62,501 nt of DNA, filler included, from Choristocarpus tenellus KU-1152 (GCA_964200185.2; 14 parts of 14 records of this genome joined end to end with filler, not necessarily neighbours in it); one strand, 5' to 3'; positions 21,926 to 36,100 are shown, counted from the first letter of the whole stretch. Notes: generated by a model not told the origin, from the letters alone. Translations and numbers: made by a program.

Positions 21926-24829
21926 CTCTACCACCCCCTTCAACCCCATTCAACCCCACTCATCCCCACACCAGTTACCACTCCAGTCAACCCCACTCCA
22001 CTTAACACTCCACCACACCATTGAACACCGCTCAACACCACTCCACAGTCATCCAAGAGCCCCCCTTCATCATCCCCTTCATACCATGCCTTTGAGCTAG
22101 AAGACATCTACCCCACCCGAACTTGACTTCCCCTCCCACCCTAAGATCCAAGTCGGTTAGGAGCAAGCGACAAAGCGGGTGGGTGGGAAAGCTTGCTTGG
22201 GGGTCCTCTTGATCCAGCTCTCCTCTTCTTGTCACCCCAGGCTCAGGTTTCCTCTTCGATTCAATACTGCCCATTCCTTCTCCCCTCGTGCCTCTGCCTA
22301 CCACCTATTTTCTTAACCACTCAATCTTTAACTCTTCGTTCCCTCCTTGATAATTTTTATTTTTTTCCTGTCCTCTTCCTTGCCCTGTGCCCCCAACCAA
22401 CCAGAATTCTTCCGTCCACAAAACTCAGATTACTTCATAAACTTTCCCTTTTTTCAATACTTGACCGAGGGGTTTCCAAAAAGTCATGTCTAGAGTTCCA
22501 AAATATATCGAAGGGACAAAAAAATCCCCTCGAGACTAGTAGTACACACAGCATAGTCTTTTGTCTCTCAGTACTGCACAGTACTGAACATACAGTATAT
22601 CACATCAAGTTTAGTCGACTGTACTGTGCTGGTATAACGATGCCCCACGCAGCGGTATCCAGCTGCAACATACAGGGTAATATGTTCGTAGATAGTGCTG
22701 CTGATACACTATAGACACAACTGGTGGATTATGTGATAGGGTAGAGAGCCAGTGACANNNNNNNNNNNNNNNNNNNNNNNNNNNNNNNNNNNNNNNNNNN
22801 NTTAATTAATTAANNNNNNNNNNNNNNNNNNNNNNNNNNNNNNNNNNNNNNNNNNNNGTCAAGCCCATCCTCAATGAAAAGCTCCATCCTCAATTTTTGA
22901 AATCGACTGTTCTGTGCCCCCAGCCAACCAGAATTCTTCCGCCCAAAAACATCAGAGTATTTCATAAACTCTCACTATACATATTTTAGTATGAGCCCTA
23001 AGGAAATAAAATATCATAAATTTGAAAATATCAACATCACTCGTACTCTATGACAAACAAGCAAACTCTTGACGTTATATATGTAATATGTAACGTTTTT
23101 GGCATCATGACCCGTCACCCTCTCCCCAATTCATGGTGAGAGGAAGCGGGAAATTCCAGAATTTTAGTAGGCACCATCACAAGTAAAAGGTGAGTACGTC
23201 CGCTCAAAACGAACTAACCTGATCTTCCCCAGTCTATATTGTGGAACTATCCTCCGTTGCCTTCTCGCCATTATATATATATTTTTCCCACATCATAATC
23301 CCTCAAACCTTTCTCTCCAACATAATATATCTACAAGTGTGTATAACGGAAGAAATCGGATTTTCTTCCTACAAACTTATAAATGTGCCTCAAAACTCAG
23401 AATGAATGAAGGTTATGGCGTACAATTCAGGAAGGATAATCATATTTCCTCCAAATCCTACAAAAAATATTAGTAGCAGTGTGTGAGGATATATTGAGAG
23501 TGCATAATTATATAAAAATATGTACAAATATAGTACTATAGTGGTACCAATAGCTTATGCGTCTGGGGTTGTCCCGTCATAACTTTTGATGTAGACGTCG
23601 GATTTAGAAAATAAAGCATAGTCGTGATGCTCGTCATACTTCCCTCCAGAGTACGTGCTTCGTTTTTTATCTCGCCTTTTTTTCTTTTTTTGAAGAAAGA
23701 AACTCATATTGGGGTTCGAACCCGGGATTTTAGGTCACGAAGAGTGGCAACAGATATACTATTACTTGATTAAAGTATAGGGTTTAGACTGGAAAAAAGC
23801 CTCCCCACCCTTTTTTCCTATTTTCATGTACCCACTCTTTGACCTGGGCAAGAATGTCCTCGTCGAGGCCTGGAACGAAACGCCTCTCGTCGCGACGTTG
23901 CTCCGACACCTTGATGTGGCCCTTAGGAAGTCTCTCTCCCGTTTACTCACAGTTTCCGACCTGACCGTCGCATGTCCTGCTGCATCTCGAGTGCTGTTTC
24001 ACAGTGTTTCGCATCGTTCATACACAGGTGCAGGATTCGCAGTGTTAGAGCCTTTACTATCACATTTCCTCATTGAGTGGCGGAAATGGGTTACCTTCTT
24101 TCGGGATTCAGAGCCCTTGTAGCCCAACCCTAACACCTTATTTCTCGTTTCCTAAGCCACACTGGCTCACATAGCTTCCAAACAGCTAGGGCCTGCTGCA
24201 ACTGTCGACTATGAAATATTCTACACCCGGGTTTTCGCTTAGGCTTTTCCTGGGCGCAATGGCACATAGTCGCACTGCTCTCCTCCCCAACCTTCCCTGC
24301 GGGCGGTCACTTTGGTTCCCCCTTCGCCTGCCATGACCAGGCTTCCCCACAGACTTCATAAGTATACCGCACCTGGTGATGGACTCGCCGCTCGCTTCCT
24401 GCTTTCCCAAGGCGGCAGAGACTGCAGAGCAGTGCTCCGACGTGGTCGAAGATCCAACCACGTTTGTGTGGTAATGCTTTCAATGCATCTTCTCTCAGCG
24501 TCAGGGTCGCACCCGCGTGGTCCTTTTCGCGATTCGATCATGCTGCTGCGCCACACTACTCTCACTTTCTCGTCACCTAACATCACACTGAGTTTCACAC
24601 GGTACTTGTTTTTCCGGTCCCTCCCAACAGAGAAGGTGCCGAGGGTAGATCCAGAGGGAAGAGTGTCCTCGGCGGCTCTCCTTTGCTCACCGTCGTGGTT
24701 CATGTTGTTGTGTAAGTCACGTGTGTGTGTGCTCACAAAAAGTCTGCAAAAGGCGTTAAAGAGAGGAAAATCATGGAGGGGCTTTCTACTTTTTTTGTCA
24801 GTGGGCCGCACCAACCAAACTTAGGCAGT

Positions 24830-27070
24830 GACCCACCCTAGACCAGTTTTCTTTAAGGAGTTCAGTCAACCTCTTCATTCTGGCACATTTTGAAGTCGTG
24901 ACAACTAGCAAGAACATACACGCCCTCAACTCACAATCAGTATCAAAACCACCAAAACTCAATCCAACACTGGGACACGTATTCAAATATGCTAAAATAT
25001 ACTTCACTACAAGTCAATGTGTGACTTTCGGATTAATACTGTATTTGGCAACTTCACGAACTGTATTTGCAATGTCAAGCCTAGTCATAACAGCTGCCCA
25101 CATCAAAATATCATTTATACCAGCTTCCAAAAGATCGTCAACGTGAGGAGCTATCACAGCACAAACAATGCCATCTCTTGCATAGCGTGACGCACAGGGA
25201 TCTGCTCTGCATTGCTCAAAACCACACTGTTCCAAAACGTGCACCAACAGATTGTTAAACTCCCTGCTAGCCTGTTTGGTGCCATAAAGAGCTTTCACTA
25301 TACGAACAATCTTTCCTAGCCATGAGCCACATCCATCACAAAAACGAACAAATATTTATTTTCTGGTTTCAGCTCTAATAAAAATTCTGCTTCATATCCC
25401 AATCCTGCAATCTCATTTCTGTAATTATTGCTAAAACCCCCTATTAAACATACAGGCCATGTCGTCAGGGCAAAGGTATCACAGAAAATCTAAATCCTCA
25501 GTCTCATGAAAACCCTGTTGCTACTAGACATGCTTAATATCTCACTACCCTACCAAATTCATTGAACTCGTGCTAGTGAATCTATTTGGTGTAAATAAAT
25601 ATCCCTGCACCCAGGGAGTAACACGGCCTCCACCCTACTGTCATTTAAAAAACAAACCAGACATATCTTCTGCTCTAGTTCGATCCTATAAATCACATTC
25701 AGGAGAGCTATGTGCTGCTATTACAGTCTTGGGGTCTAGAGGGAATCCACCCGCTAACACTCTAATAGACTTTTCACTCACACAAATCATAAAGGTAGTG
25801 TCAATGGAGAACAGACAAAACATATGAAACAATGTAAACTCTTACAAACAAAACAGCAGAAAAATCAAAGACGTTGGCACAGCCACCAGGTGAAGTGCTT
25901 GCAGAATGGTTACCTCAGCGTCCAGTCTCCACTTCCTGAACTCTCACCAATCTAGACCTCCATCCATAATATTAAACGTCCATCTCATACTCCCCAAGGT
26001 TGTACTCTCCATCAGTCCAGGAGTTGCTATTCTCAACATCCCCCAGCTCTTGGACTGAGAGTAGATACGATGTGCCTTCTAGTACTCGGGGATGTGAAGG
26101 GAATACGCAGACAGCAACAAATAAATACACCGAAACTATTTCGTCCTTATCCTTCAAGCGGAGTATGGATAGAGAAGATTGAAAGTATTTTTCGGGACAA
26201 ATGCGACAGACGTCAAAGTAACATGCACCCACTCATCGCGGCCAACATTGAAATTCCAAACAAATCTTGTCATACCCCACAATGGGTAATGATGTGCCGT
26301 CAGCCACACGGTCATGTTGTGGCCTTGTGGACATGTGGTGAAGTCATACATGTACGTCGAGTCTTTCGTCACACAATTGGAAGCCCCCAAACCAAAACAC
26401 CACGTTTCGAAAGCATTCTATCTCACCTTGCCATTGTCACCCAAATCGGCTAACATGGTCTTGTACTTCCTTCACACCCTAGCTGGTTCATCTGGTTCCG
26501 TTGACTTTGACGGGTTTTCCCTCCTCTGGGGGCACACAGCTCGCAGGTGGCCATCCTTCCCGCACCTGTAACACGGTCCTCCAAACGTACAAGAACCGAA
26601 AAGTCTGACCAACAAGCTTGGTCTGCCCCCTGGCACGGGATCCTGTCTTCCCAGGGTCTGTACGGAGACTAGTACCTTGGCTGCCTCCTCGACTGACCCA
26701 ATTTCGGTTCCTTGTCGAGCTCGTAGTCCCGATAGTGAGAGCGATCCCAGGCTCTCCACCATCTGCTACCTCTCGTTGCAGAGAGAAATAGCGCGAACGG
26801 GCAGCTTGCTGAATCTTAGCTTTCGTACACTCACTCTTATATGATGCTGAGGGTATAGTTTGGTTATCTGGTAGTCATCGTCCAAACAATCTAACATTGT
26901 AATTTGAAGCACCTGTTCGGACATCACATGCTCCATCATCGCCATCTGGCCAACCTAGACCAAGATTATCGTAAAAGTAATTTGGGAGTCGGACCCCCGT
27001 GACATTTTGACCGTCATCACCTTCTTTTGAAGCCTTGCTATTTCCTCATTTGAATGGATTAGGAAATGTT
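24830..27070 (-). mobile_element. Heavily decayed Ty1/Copia retrotransposon (gag, Zn knuckle, protease, RT/RNase H remnants); different family from 45955-48579
   Basis: CYRCGKDGHLRAVC zinc knuckle (26472-26762), GASNCVT protease-like motif, KALYGTKQASREFN...ADPC...HVDDLL RT (25014-25298), KYILAYL...GLSFGG. Confidence 0.85.
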
Positions 27071-27071
27071 C

Positions 27072-27140
27072 GGCTCAAAGTATCTGGGAGGGGGTGGCGG
27101 CTGTCCATTTGGGGTCAATTTTTTCATGTCGCGATTTTTG
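27072..27140. mobile_element. MITE family B terminus at contig end
   Basis: ggctcaaagtatctgggagggggtggcggctgtccatttggggtcaattttttcatgtcgcgatttttg. Confidence 0.85.
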
Positions 27141-27605
27141 NNNNNNNNNNNNNNNNNNNNNNNNNNNNNNNNNNNNNNNNNNNNTTAATTAATTAANNNN
27201 NNNNNNNNNNNNNNNNNNNNNNNNNNNNNNNNNNNNNNNNGGGGAGCAGAGGAATATTGGTACTTTTTGCGTGCTCTTAGATACACCACTCTACTGCACC
27301 CCCCCCCAAACCACTGTCCGTACCTGACTGGGCAATGGGCCTTTCCACCATGAACTGTTCCATTGCACATTTGTGTGCCTAGATATATGTTTGACTCTGG
27401 AAAAAACAAAGCGTAAAAAAGATAGATATGGTTATGGAGAACTGCTGGTCATCGCCACCCCATGCGCATATTCTGCGGTCTTAAAATAGTATGTGCGCTT
27501 TTGTCCAGTTAATTATAACTATCAACGGCGACAACAATCTTCTTTATGCGATCTCCAACATAAAAAGGACTCACTGTCGCGAGAAGGCTAGCACAATGAG
27601 ATAGG

Positions 27606-27607
<2 letters not shown>

Positions 27608-27656
<49 letters not shown>
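27608..27656. repeat. (GA)n microsatellite
   Basis: Directly visible. Confidence 0.95.
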
Positions 27657-27657
<1 letters not shown>

Positions 27658-29475
27658 TAGAAAGGACAAGAAGACACTCGAGATAAAAATAAAAAAGGAG
27701 AGGAATATATGGTGCAGGCATAGACAGCGTAAACTTGTATACAGACCCCCTCACTCCATACATGTAGCTTCCATGACAAGGGAGAGGCGCCTCACCGATT
27801 TGATATTGTCTCACTCCAGGATATTACCAGAGGAGTGAAACAACGTGTTGGAAATAGAAATGGAGGAGATATTGTTTCGTATTCGTTTCCGTTTCACCCT
27901 AGTAGAAATGCAATACTAATACCTACTCCTATTTAAAGGATGCTCATTTTAAGGCTTATTTTGTCAAATTCAGTACAGGCATATACTGTTGAGAAACTTC
28001 GTGGACCCTGTATGGTTGCATTTTCGCACTTCAGTCGATTTCTTACCGTCAAGGTTTGGCCAACCATATGTAACAGTGTATGTAACCGTGAGATATGCTG
28101 GCACGATCACAACAACAGTTATCTTTGCCGCAGAAAGAAACGGTTGCAGACGGAATTGCAAAATGTGTCTGGAAGGCCTTGGATTTTTTTAGATTTTGAA
28201 TACTTGAAAGACGTCAGCTGGTGCAACGGAATCAACTTGGGGATGAATATACGTAACATACACCAGACACATGTTTGACAACAGTGGTGTGATACACCGA
28301 CAAAACGCAACAACAAGATCAAGGAGAACCCAATGGAACAAAATTTTACCAGGTGGTACGTAAGATCGAGGGTGTTGTTGGCAAGGGCCTCGGACAAATC
28401 CAGAAGATTCCTGATTTCCGGTTGCTGAACAATCTTCATTGGGGAGAGTCGTACAATGTTCTGATATTCACCAGTAAAAAAATGTATATACTCTATTCGA
28501 CATATTTTACCATTGTTACGTTTCAGTGCTATAAAAAGGGTTAGGGTTTAGTCAGTGGCACAGCACGACCAAGAACAAAAACTGTCGACGGAATATGTTG
28601 ATTTGCTTGTATCGTTTGGGGAAAATGCATGGAGGGTCATACCACTGCGATGACTGCCGATTTCTGAGGTGGCAGAAAGGGGTAAATTTCAAGAATAGTT
28701 GGTGGCTCGTGTGTGAAAATGCTGGAATAAAAGGAGTTGGTGTCTTCTGTGGTTATATAGCGTTTTGACCATATAGCCCTATCAAGCGTGGAGTCGTTTT
28801 ACAAAAAATGTTGCTCGGACAAAGGCTAATAGTAACGCAAGCAGTGTGATAGCGGATTGGAAAGTCAACCTGAGTATTTCTGTTCTATCAGGCAGAGTAG
28901 GGGATAGAGTCTTTGGTAGAAACAGACAAAATGCTATGAGAAAAAAGATAAGAAAATATGAGGGAAAAAGTAACATCCTTGTGCATCCCGAGTGTGATCC
29001 ATCTCAGTGGAGAAGGCGTAACCGCTCTCTTGTCGCTTGAAAAAAACAACAGTCACTAGTAATACTCCAATGCTGGAATTTATCTTCGAATCACTTGAAA
29101 AAGTGACATGCATCTCACCTTTCTTTCCAATTATAGTGCGCTGGGTCAAACTCATCTCAACCGCTCTATCTACTAATCAAGTGACAAAAAGAACCAGGCA
29201 CAATGGACATGTAGTGGTGTCTATAATAACTCCTGTGATGATCATGGCCCTAACCCTAATCCCTACAAAAAGAACTAAAAAAGATCACTATATACTTTGT
29301 ACTTACAAATATCAAATCAGTGAACCTCCTTCACTATATATATTGACACAGTTTTCAGCACATCAATGTACGCAGTGGGCATATGTGTCCGCTAAAATCA
29401 AGAGCCTTATACGAACATTGTATGACTCACACACACACACACACACACACATGCAAATATATCAACCCATTCACT

Positions 29476-30837
29476 CTATTCTTCAACCCTAAGCAACTCC
29501 TTGTCTTTAACACCGAAAGCTTTGCGGAGCACCGTCACCCTTGCAACCCTTGCCCCCGCCTCCTTTCCCCTCTCGCGCTCCCCCTCAGTTCCCACCCCTG
29601 TGGTTGCTGCTACACTGCTAAGCAGATTAAAAAGACATGCAGTCTCTCTTTGTTCATCCTCGGAGAGGAACTCGACATTCGTTGCAAACTGCCCTGTCAC
29701 AGATAGCATCTTGAGCCATGCCAAGCACTCTCTCCCTTCACCCTCCCAAGAGCTAGAACTATCCCCTCCTTCACCTCCTTTGGATGTGGGGTCTTGGTCA
29801 GGGTATTCACTCATGCACGGCTCCCTACCCGCACCATCTACTCCACAACAAGGAACCCCACCACCCTCCGGCGCTTCATCTTGGTTTTCAGTGTTCTCAC
29901 AATGGTGCTCCTCCATATGTGTGTGTTTGATCTTGCCAATGCTAGTGTGTTCATGATTCCTATTCTTGTAACCTTCCTCGATACTGTTTTTACCATAGCA
30001 GTTGTGGTGGCATTGGTTGTTCGGGTCTCTGACAGGGGGGTTCAGGAACATCTTACAGATAACAGACAGCATCTCACTTAGAGTGTCAGGGGACATCTGT
30101 GCCTTGAAAAGGCGACGCAACTTTGCCACCCCCACTAATTTGAGGTATGCTTGGCGGTCCTCCACGTTTTGGCACCGCCTCCAGTCTCTCTCAAATTCTG
30201 AGGGGGTGGATGGTAGTTTCCGTGTTGATCCAATGCTGTGGGAAAGGGTATCGCCAGACCTAAGTGATGAATTGGAGGGAGTGCCTAGTCCACTTCCTTC
30301 TGGTGAAGTTCTGGATTGTCGCTTTTTGTTACCAGACCGTTTCCGGGGGGCTACCGTGACACCTGAGCAGCTCTTCCACCCTTGCTTCTTGTCGGACAGG
30401 GTTGCCATCTCCTTTGAGCTGGAATGTTGAGCAAGGGGTAGTGTTTTGTGATGACATACATGCTGCTTGGGAGGGTCATAGATAAATCATCATACAGTAT
30501 GGAGGGGATGCAAAACAAGGTGCACTGGGAGGTTCAGGTACGCTCTTTACGTACATATTGGGAATCTTCATGTCGAACGAGAGGAAGGTCGTTTTTGACT
30601 CCTATCTCAACTACCTCAAAATGTAATACTTGAACGCTGAGCCACTCACGTCACAGGGGTAAGATTCGCGCAGGATACCATGTGCCTAAACTCGTCGTAA
30701 CTTGCGGCTGTATGGATGGCACGCTTCTTCATCTCGTCTGTTGACTTGCGATGGACATCCTCCTGAGATAGGCAGCAAATGCCAAGTGCGCGATTGCAAG
30801 AGTTAAACAGACCGTTAACACGGTCGGCAGCGTCCAT
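29476..30837 (-). CDS. CCDC103: Dynein axonemal assembly factor CCDC103/DNAAF19; exons 30837-30650 and 30418-29476
   Basis: Exon 1 DEMKKRAIHTAASYDEFRHMVSCANLTP is Dynein_attach_N-like. GTGAG donor at 30649 and TTCCAG acceptor (phase 2 consistent) lead into SKEMA...LPSTPSEFERDWRR...AYLKLVG...LFKAQM...LSVTGQFATNVEFLSEDE, which is RPAP3_C-like. Stop at 29476-29478. Confidence 0.88.
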
Positions 30838-32444
30838 TAAATTTAAAAACGATTATTTTTCTACTAGTACGAGTTACGCTAACTTGGTGACGCGAAAATT
30901 CCCTCTTGAGGGTCACAATAGTTTAGGCATGCCTTCCCCCTGGGCGGATATAGTGAGTAGCCAATCATGGCGGTGTGGAACTGGAGAGGTCGTTCAAAAC
31001 TGCTGCATCTATTGGAGAGTTGAGATAAACAGTACTTAAGAGGTGTCAAACTTATCACAGCCTGATGTCGGTGGCTCAGGGAAAAACTGAAAAATTAACT
31101 TTGCTCTATTTCACTTTGTCTTCATGTCAACAGTTGGTCGAAAAGATGCACCTCCACTTCAAGGGTGGCGAAAGGCATACCATGAGGGCTTCATGAAGTT
31201 CCTTCTGAAGTTTTACCCTGTCAATATTACCGCCACCATCAACGGTCATGTTGGAGACAGGTTTATCTTCCCATCAACCTTAGAGAATGCAATATTTGAC
31301 AGGGACGTTTCGTACGAAAACGCCTCCTTTGATCATCTTTCTCTAGTGTTGCAGCTTTGGTTCAACCCTCTGGTCTAGGACAGACAGACACATCTGGGAT
31401 AGTTGAATACAGACCTAGTGCAGTCAGTCTCCTCCCTCAGAACTAGCTGTGGGGGGAAAGGTTGCATAAGACGCCGTCTCTGGGGAAATTGAGTAGCGCA
31501 GGCGGCCAGCTCCTTTCACCTCCGGTGTCTTCGACAACGTATCTACATTGGGATCATGGCTCGATTCATCAACCCACAGTTTTCCCGTCAGCTGACCCAG
31601 ACACAAGCGCAGGCAGCTTTCCTCATCGCTTGTATCATGCTGTCTGTGGATACTCTGAAGTGAGTTGCAGACGCAGTGGACCAGTGTGACTTTTGTCTTC
31701 GGCAAACGTGGACCAGTACAGTGCCCCCCTCTTCCTGATTCTGATCCATGTCCCATTGTGCTACCCTATCTGAATGCCTACGTACTACAATATAATTCAC
31801 CGTGCAATTGCCTATGGCCGGTGCTATTTATCGCCCTCCACATCTAGCGAGCTGCCACCTGTCATCCTCTTGGAACAAGGACGTAAGCCAGTCACGGCTC
31901 AGTCCATCCAAAGGCACTCGGCACAGCTACTTATGTGCTGGAGATCACCTTGTCGTAATAATTAGTTGCTACCCCGTATTCACGAGATAAGGTGGCTCTC
32001 ACATTGTAGTGTGCAGGGTGATATTGTTATCATAGGTCATCCAAGAGGTGTGGTTGGGTTCGATGTGGCATTAGTAGTAGCGAATGGCAAATTCTTCGCC
32101 ACAGAGTAGAGGGCAACGTCTTTCCACCGGTTGGATCTCGCAAACTTCCTCGAATATCCTTTGAGCAAACGCCAAATCCGATATCTTTAATTTGCATCAT
32201 CTATTCGAGCCACGAGGGTATCAGGGTTGACTGGAATGTGGCAAGCTGGCAAAGCTGACAGCAACCACAGACCTGCACCCCATATAGTGCCTCATAAATT
32301 AGGAGGCATGTGCAAGAGGGGGAGGTGGCATGCTTTTCTCCAACCCTCCACAGCATTTTGTTACCTTTCTAGCAACTCTCTCATGACCCCCTCCTACCAT
32401 CTGAAATCGCTTTGCCTCGGGTGCTGTGTGCCATCTTCCCCCGT

Positions 32445-32493
<49 letters not shown>

Positions 32494-33163
32494 ACCCCCC
32501 GGCCGCCCCCCCCCCCTCCTCCGCCCACCCCTGTCCTCCNNNNNNNNNNNNNNNNNNNNNNNNNNNNNNNNNNNNNNNNNNNNTTAATTAATTAANNNNN
32601 NNNNNNNNNNNNNNNNNNNNNNNNNNNNNNNNNNNNNNNCCCCCCCCCCCTTGTTCAGACCTTGTACGAGGGCAGCGCCTCGTTGAGAGGGGTGGGATAC
32701 TGTGGAGGGGGTAGTAGTATTGGTCTCATAGTACCACTTAGATACAGTTGGACTTTTGGATTGGGAGTTTCGATAGTATAGTGTTGGGGGGTGGGGTGGG
32801 GGGGGGGTTCTTGCCTCGAACTGGCAGTGTGAAGTACAGGAGCTCTTCAGGTATCCTCCTGCCTGCCCCCAGTCTTTCTCTGCGTGTATGACCGTTTGCG
32901 CAAGAGCGGAAAGGGAAACCACAGGGAAATGATATCATTTGTTACCCTAGAAACAAAAGTACTCACATGATGTGTTCTCATCAACAGTATTTTTGTAAGC
33001 ATTGGGATTTTTCGCTGATGTTCCCATGGTGTTAGCTTTTCCGGTAGAGCTCTGTATGGGACTTGTGCATCGTGAGTGAGATCAACCCGCATCACTCCCC
33101 CCCTCCCCACGCCCCTCCACTACTCAAGATTCTGGTCTGCTGGTGTGGTGTGAATATATGCAG

Positions 33164-36100
33164 GTGGTATGGGTGACAGGGGCTGGGTCCGGTCTCGGGG
33201 AGAGGTTGGCAATAAATCTTGCCGTCAATGGGGCCAAGGTACGTACAATCTGCTTTAAAGAGGGTCTGGAGGGGGGATTGATTGTGCCCTCTCTTTTATT
33301 TTTCTGTTTCAGTTTTTTTGAAGGGGTTTGTGCCCATACAGCATAGCAACAAGAAGAAAACATTTTGCGATAAAATTAGGAAGGGTTTGAACTTGAAACA
33401 AACTCTCTTTGGAAAATGGGTTGAATTGGCATTGAAGTGTCAAGTTTTGGAGGTATTGAGTATGAAACAGACTATAGAAGAGAAAGTGGTTAGGGTTAGG
33501 GTTAGGGTTAGGTGTGCCGTGATGTACTTCGAATTATCGTATGTTACTCCTCTGTCCCCCCCCAAAAAGTTTGTAACATTTTTTTAATTTTCACTTTTTG
33601 TTTTTTTGACCATTTCTTCACGAATACCGAGACTTTTGGAGCGATGTGTGGGCCAAGTTGAAGCTCTGGATATAATTGTTCGGGGGGGGCAGAAAATTTT
33701 TGTTTTCCCATTTTGTTCCGAAATAGTTCTGAGTCTTTTTTCCAAGAACGGAACCGAAAAACGGTCCTTTTCGGGCACATATTCAGTGGCTCCTCTACGT
33801 ATGGCCACGGGTACAATATCCCCCCCCTCCCCCATCGTTGGACAACACCTCAGCACCTCACCAAGAGCCATGCAACTCTTGCTTAAGTTTCCGGATCATC
33901 TGCGACGTGAGTCCTGTAGCCAATAAGCGAGGAACATGATAATTTACAGAAGTGGCCTCAACACGATTTTTATTGATAGAGCATGGTTCTACCTCATCCG
34001 CAATGGGGAGCGTGTCCACATGTTTGTACCCTGGGGATGAAAGGGCGGGCTCCACCAATGTACAGCGCAAGAGTCTCATCCCTAAGGTGATGTTCAAATG
34101 TGCTATTTTGAGCCCAGATCTTCCTTCCTGTGATTTCAACGGGAAGATCGAAATCTGGAGTGTTTGCGTCATCACACAAGCACGGACGAATCCCCCCCCT
34201 CCCCCCCCTTCCTTGAGAGGGGGCAGCAGTACGACTTTTTTTTATGTCACCATCAACACCGAGTGATATTGGGAATGGTATATGGAGGCTTTTCTCGCCA
34301 CATTGGAGGAGAAGAAGCTGTGGTTAGAGGGTGAGGAGGTGGTTGTGCAGCAGGACAGAGCTACCCCCAATGCAGGAAGAGACACGCCCGGAAGCTCGAC
34401 GAAGCCAGTAGGGAAGGGGGGTGGGATGTAGAGCTTGAAATGCAGCCTGCGCCAATCACCTGATCTCAATATCAACGATTTGGGGTTCTTTGCAACCCTA
34501 AGAAGTAGAGTTTGGAGAGAGCATTGCGGCACAGTAGGCAGCCTTGTGGAAGGGGTAAAGAGCATGTACGGCGTGTGTGGCGCAGGGTACTCCGAGTACT
34601 CTGGAGAGGGTATGACAGAATCTCTTCCAAGTGTTCAATAAAGTTTTGAATGTGCTAGATAGAGAGAGGGTAACGATTCTTTTTCTTTTTTTTTGGTACA
34701 GCACACCGGAACGAAGAAAAAGGCGGTGGGGGGGGGGGGGGGGGGGGACCCCCCCAAAAATGGCAAGAGAAAAATAGGGATTTTTTTAGCTGGCGGTGGG
34801 GATGGTGGGTGGGGNNNNNNNNNNGGGCGGGGGGGGGAAACCTCCCAAAATCGGTCAGAAATGAAAGAGAGCATTTTGACGTGGCGGTGGACTAGTGGAC
34901 TGGTGGATTGATAGATTGATAGATTGATAGATTGATGGATTGATAGATTGATAGGAACGAGGATAGTGGTGAAGATTGATTCTCACGTAAAACGCATCGA
35001 GGAGTCTGATGTAATTTTATTTTTTTTCATTGAAGTTAAGTTACACGCTTAAAATTGCAGGCTCACGGGACAGAGGGAATAGTGTTTAGAAATAGAGTGG
35101 AGACTACAGAGGGATGTGCCATCGAAGCACTGATATGGGGGGGGGAATGGAGCTATTTTTTTTCTTTTGAATGTTGGGTGCTGTGAGAGGTTTGTAGTGC
35201 TGGGTTGAACTGGAGTTGTTGGAAGGTGTGTATGCGTAATCTTGCCCAGTGTGTGGTGTAGCCTATGAGCTTGGTGGCCAGTTAAGGCTTGAAGGGGACA
35301 GGAACACTATAAAGTTAATTTTGCAAGAAAGCGCTCTCTTGTACACCCAACTCAATGATGTTATGATGCAGTCATTGTATTTGTAGTTGTACTATCACAG
35401 AGGTACACAGGCCTCTGCTTCTAAGTAACCAACTATTTGATGAGATGCCCGCTGCCCTCCCAAAACAGCCACGACACCAGCGAAGGCAACTTGTGTACAG
35501 TGTGATACGATATGTGACATACTATGCAAAACAGTGTGATCTTGTTTGTACTACTTTGATACTACTTTACATGCTATGGATTGAATAGTACCCTCTGTGT
35601 ATCCAAGAGCTGTACAGCTCTATAAGCTAGTACAGCGGTGTTGGGTGTTGTTCTGGTGCCCCCTTGAACCCATTCTTGCACTCTTAGTTTGATCAAGGGT
35701 TATGCTGCACTTCTCTTGAAGTTACTTATTCGAGCAGGTACCAAAACAAATAAGAAAATATGACGTTTTTTACTTTGAAATAATGGGTCAACAAGGTGAT
35801 CCTTACAGGTAGGAATTTGAAGGAGCTGGAGCGAGTGCAACGCATTTGCATCCTGGCGTGGATGAAGGCTGTCAACTGGGAAATATTCAAGGTGTGGGCG
35901 GGCTTAGAATAAGAAATCTTGTTGGGTGCGATTGTGGTGCTGGCAGTGAGGTATGGTTGTTGTTGCTGTGAACAACGGAATTGGATGGTATGGCTGTGGA
36001 AGAGGGAAGAGTCTTCTGCGTTATAGACATGTACGCTTTGTGCCATTATTGGTTCCTTTGTGTTGCCACCTACCATTATTCATGATATGGTACCTCCACT

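Noticed and set aside
21543-22100. CRISPR-like array or repeat protein
   Set aside because: The units are homologous along their whole length, there are no unique spacers or cas genes, and the context is eukaryotic.
23762-24824. GC-richer ORFs next to the decayed Copia
   Set aside because: No recognisable motifs and no consistent frame; cannot be assigned.
28353-28450. Exon-like VVRKIEGVVGKGLGQ segment
   Set aside because: Too short, with no partner exons or convincing family match.
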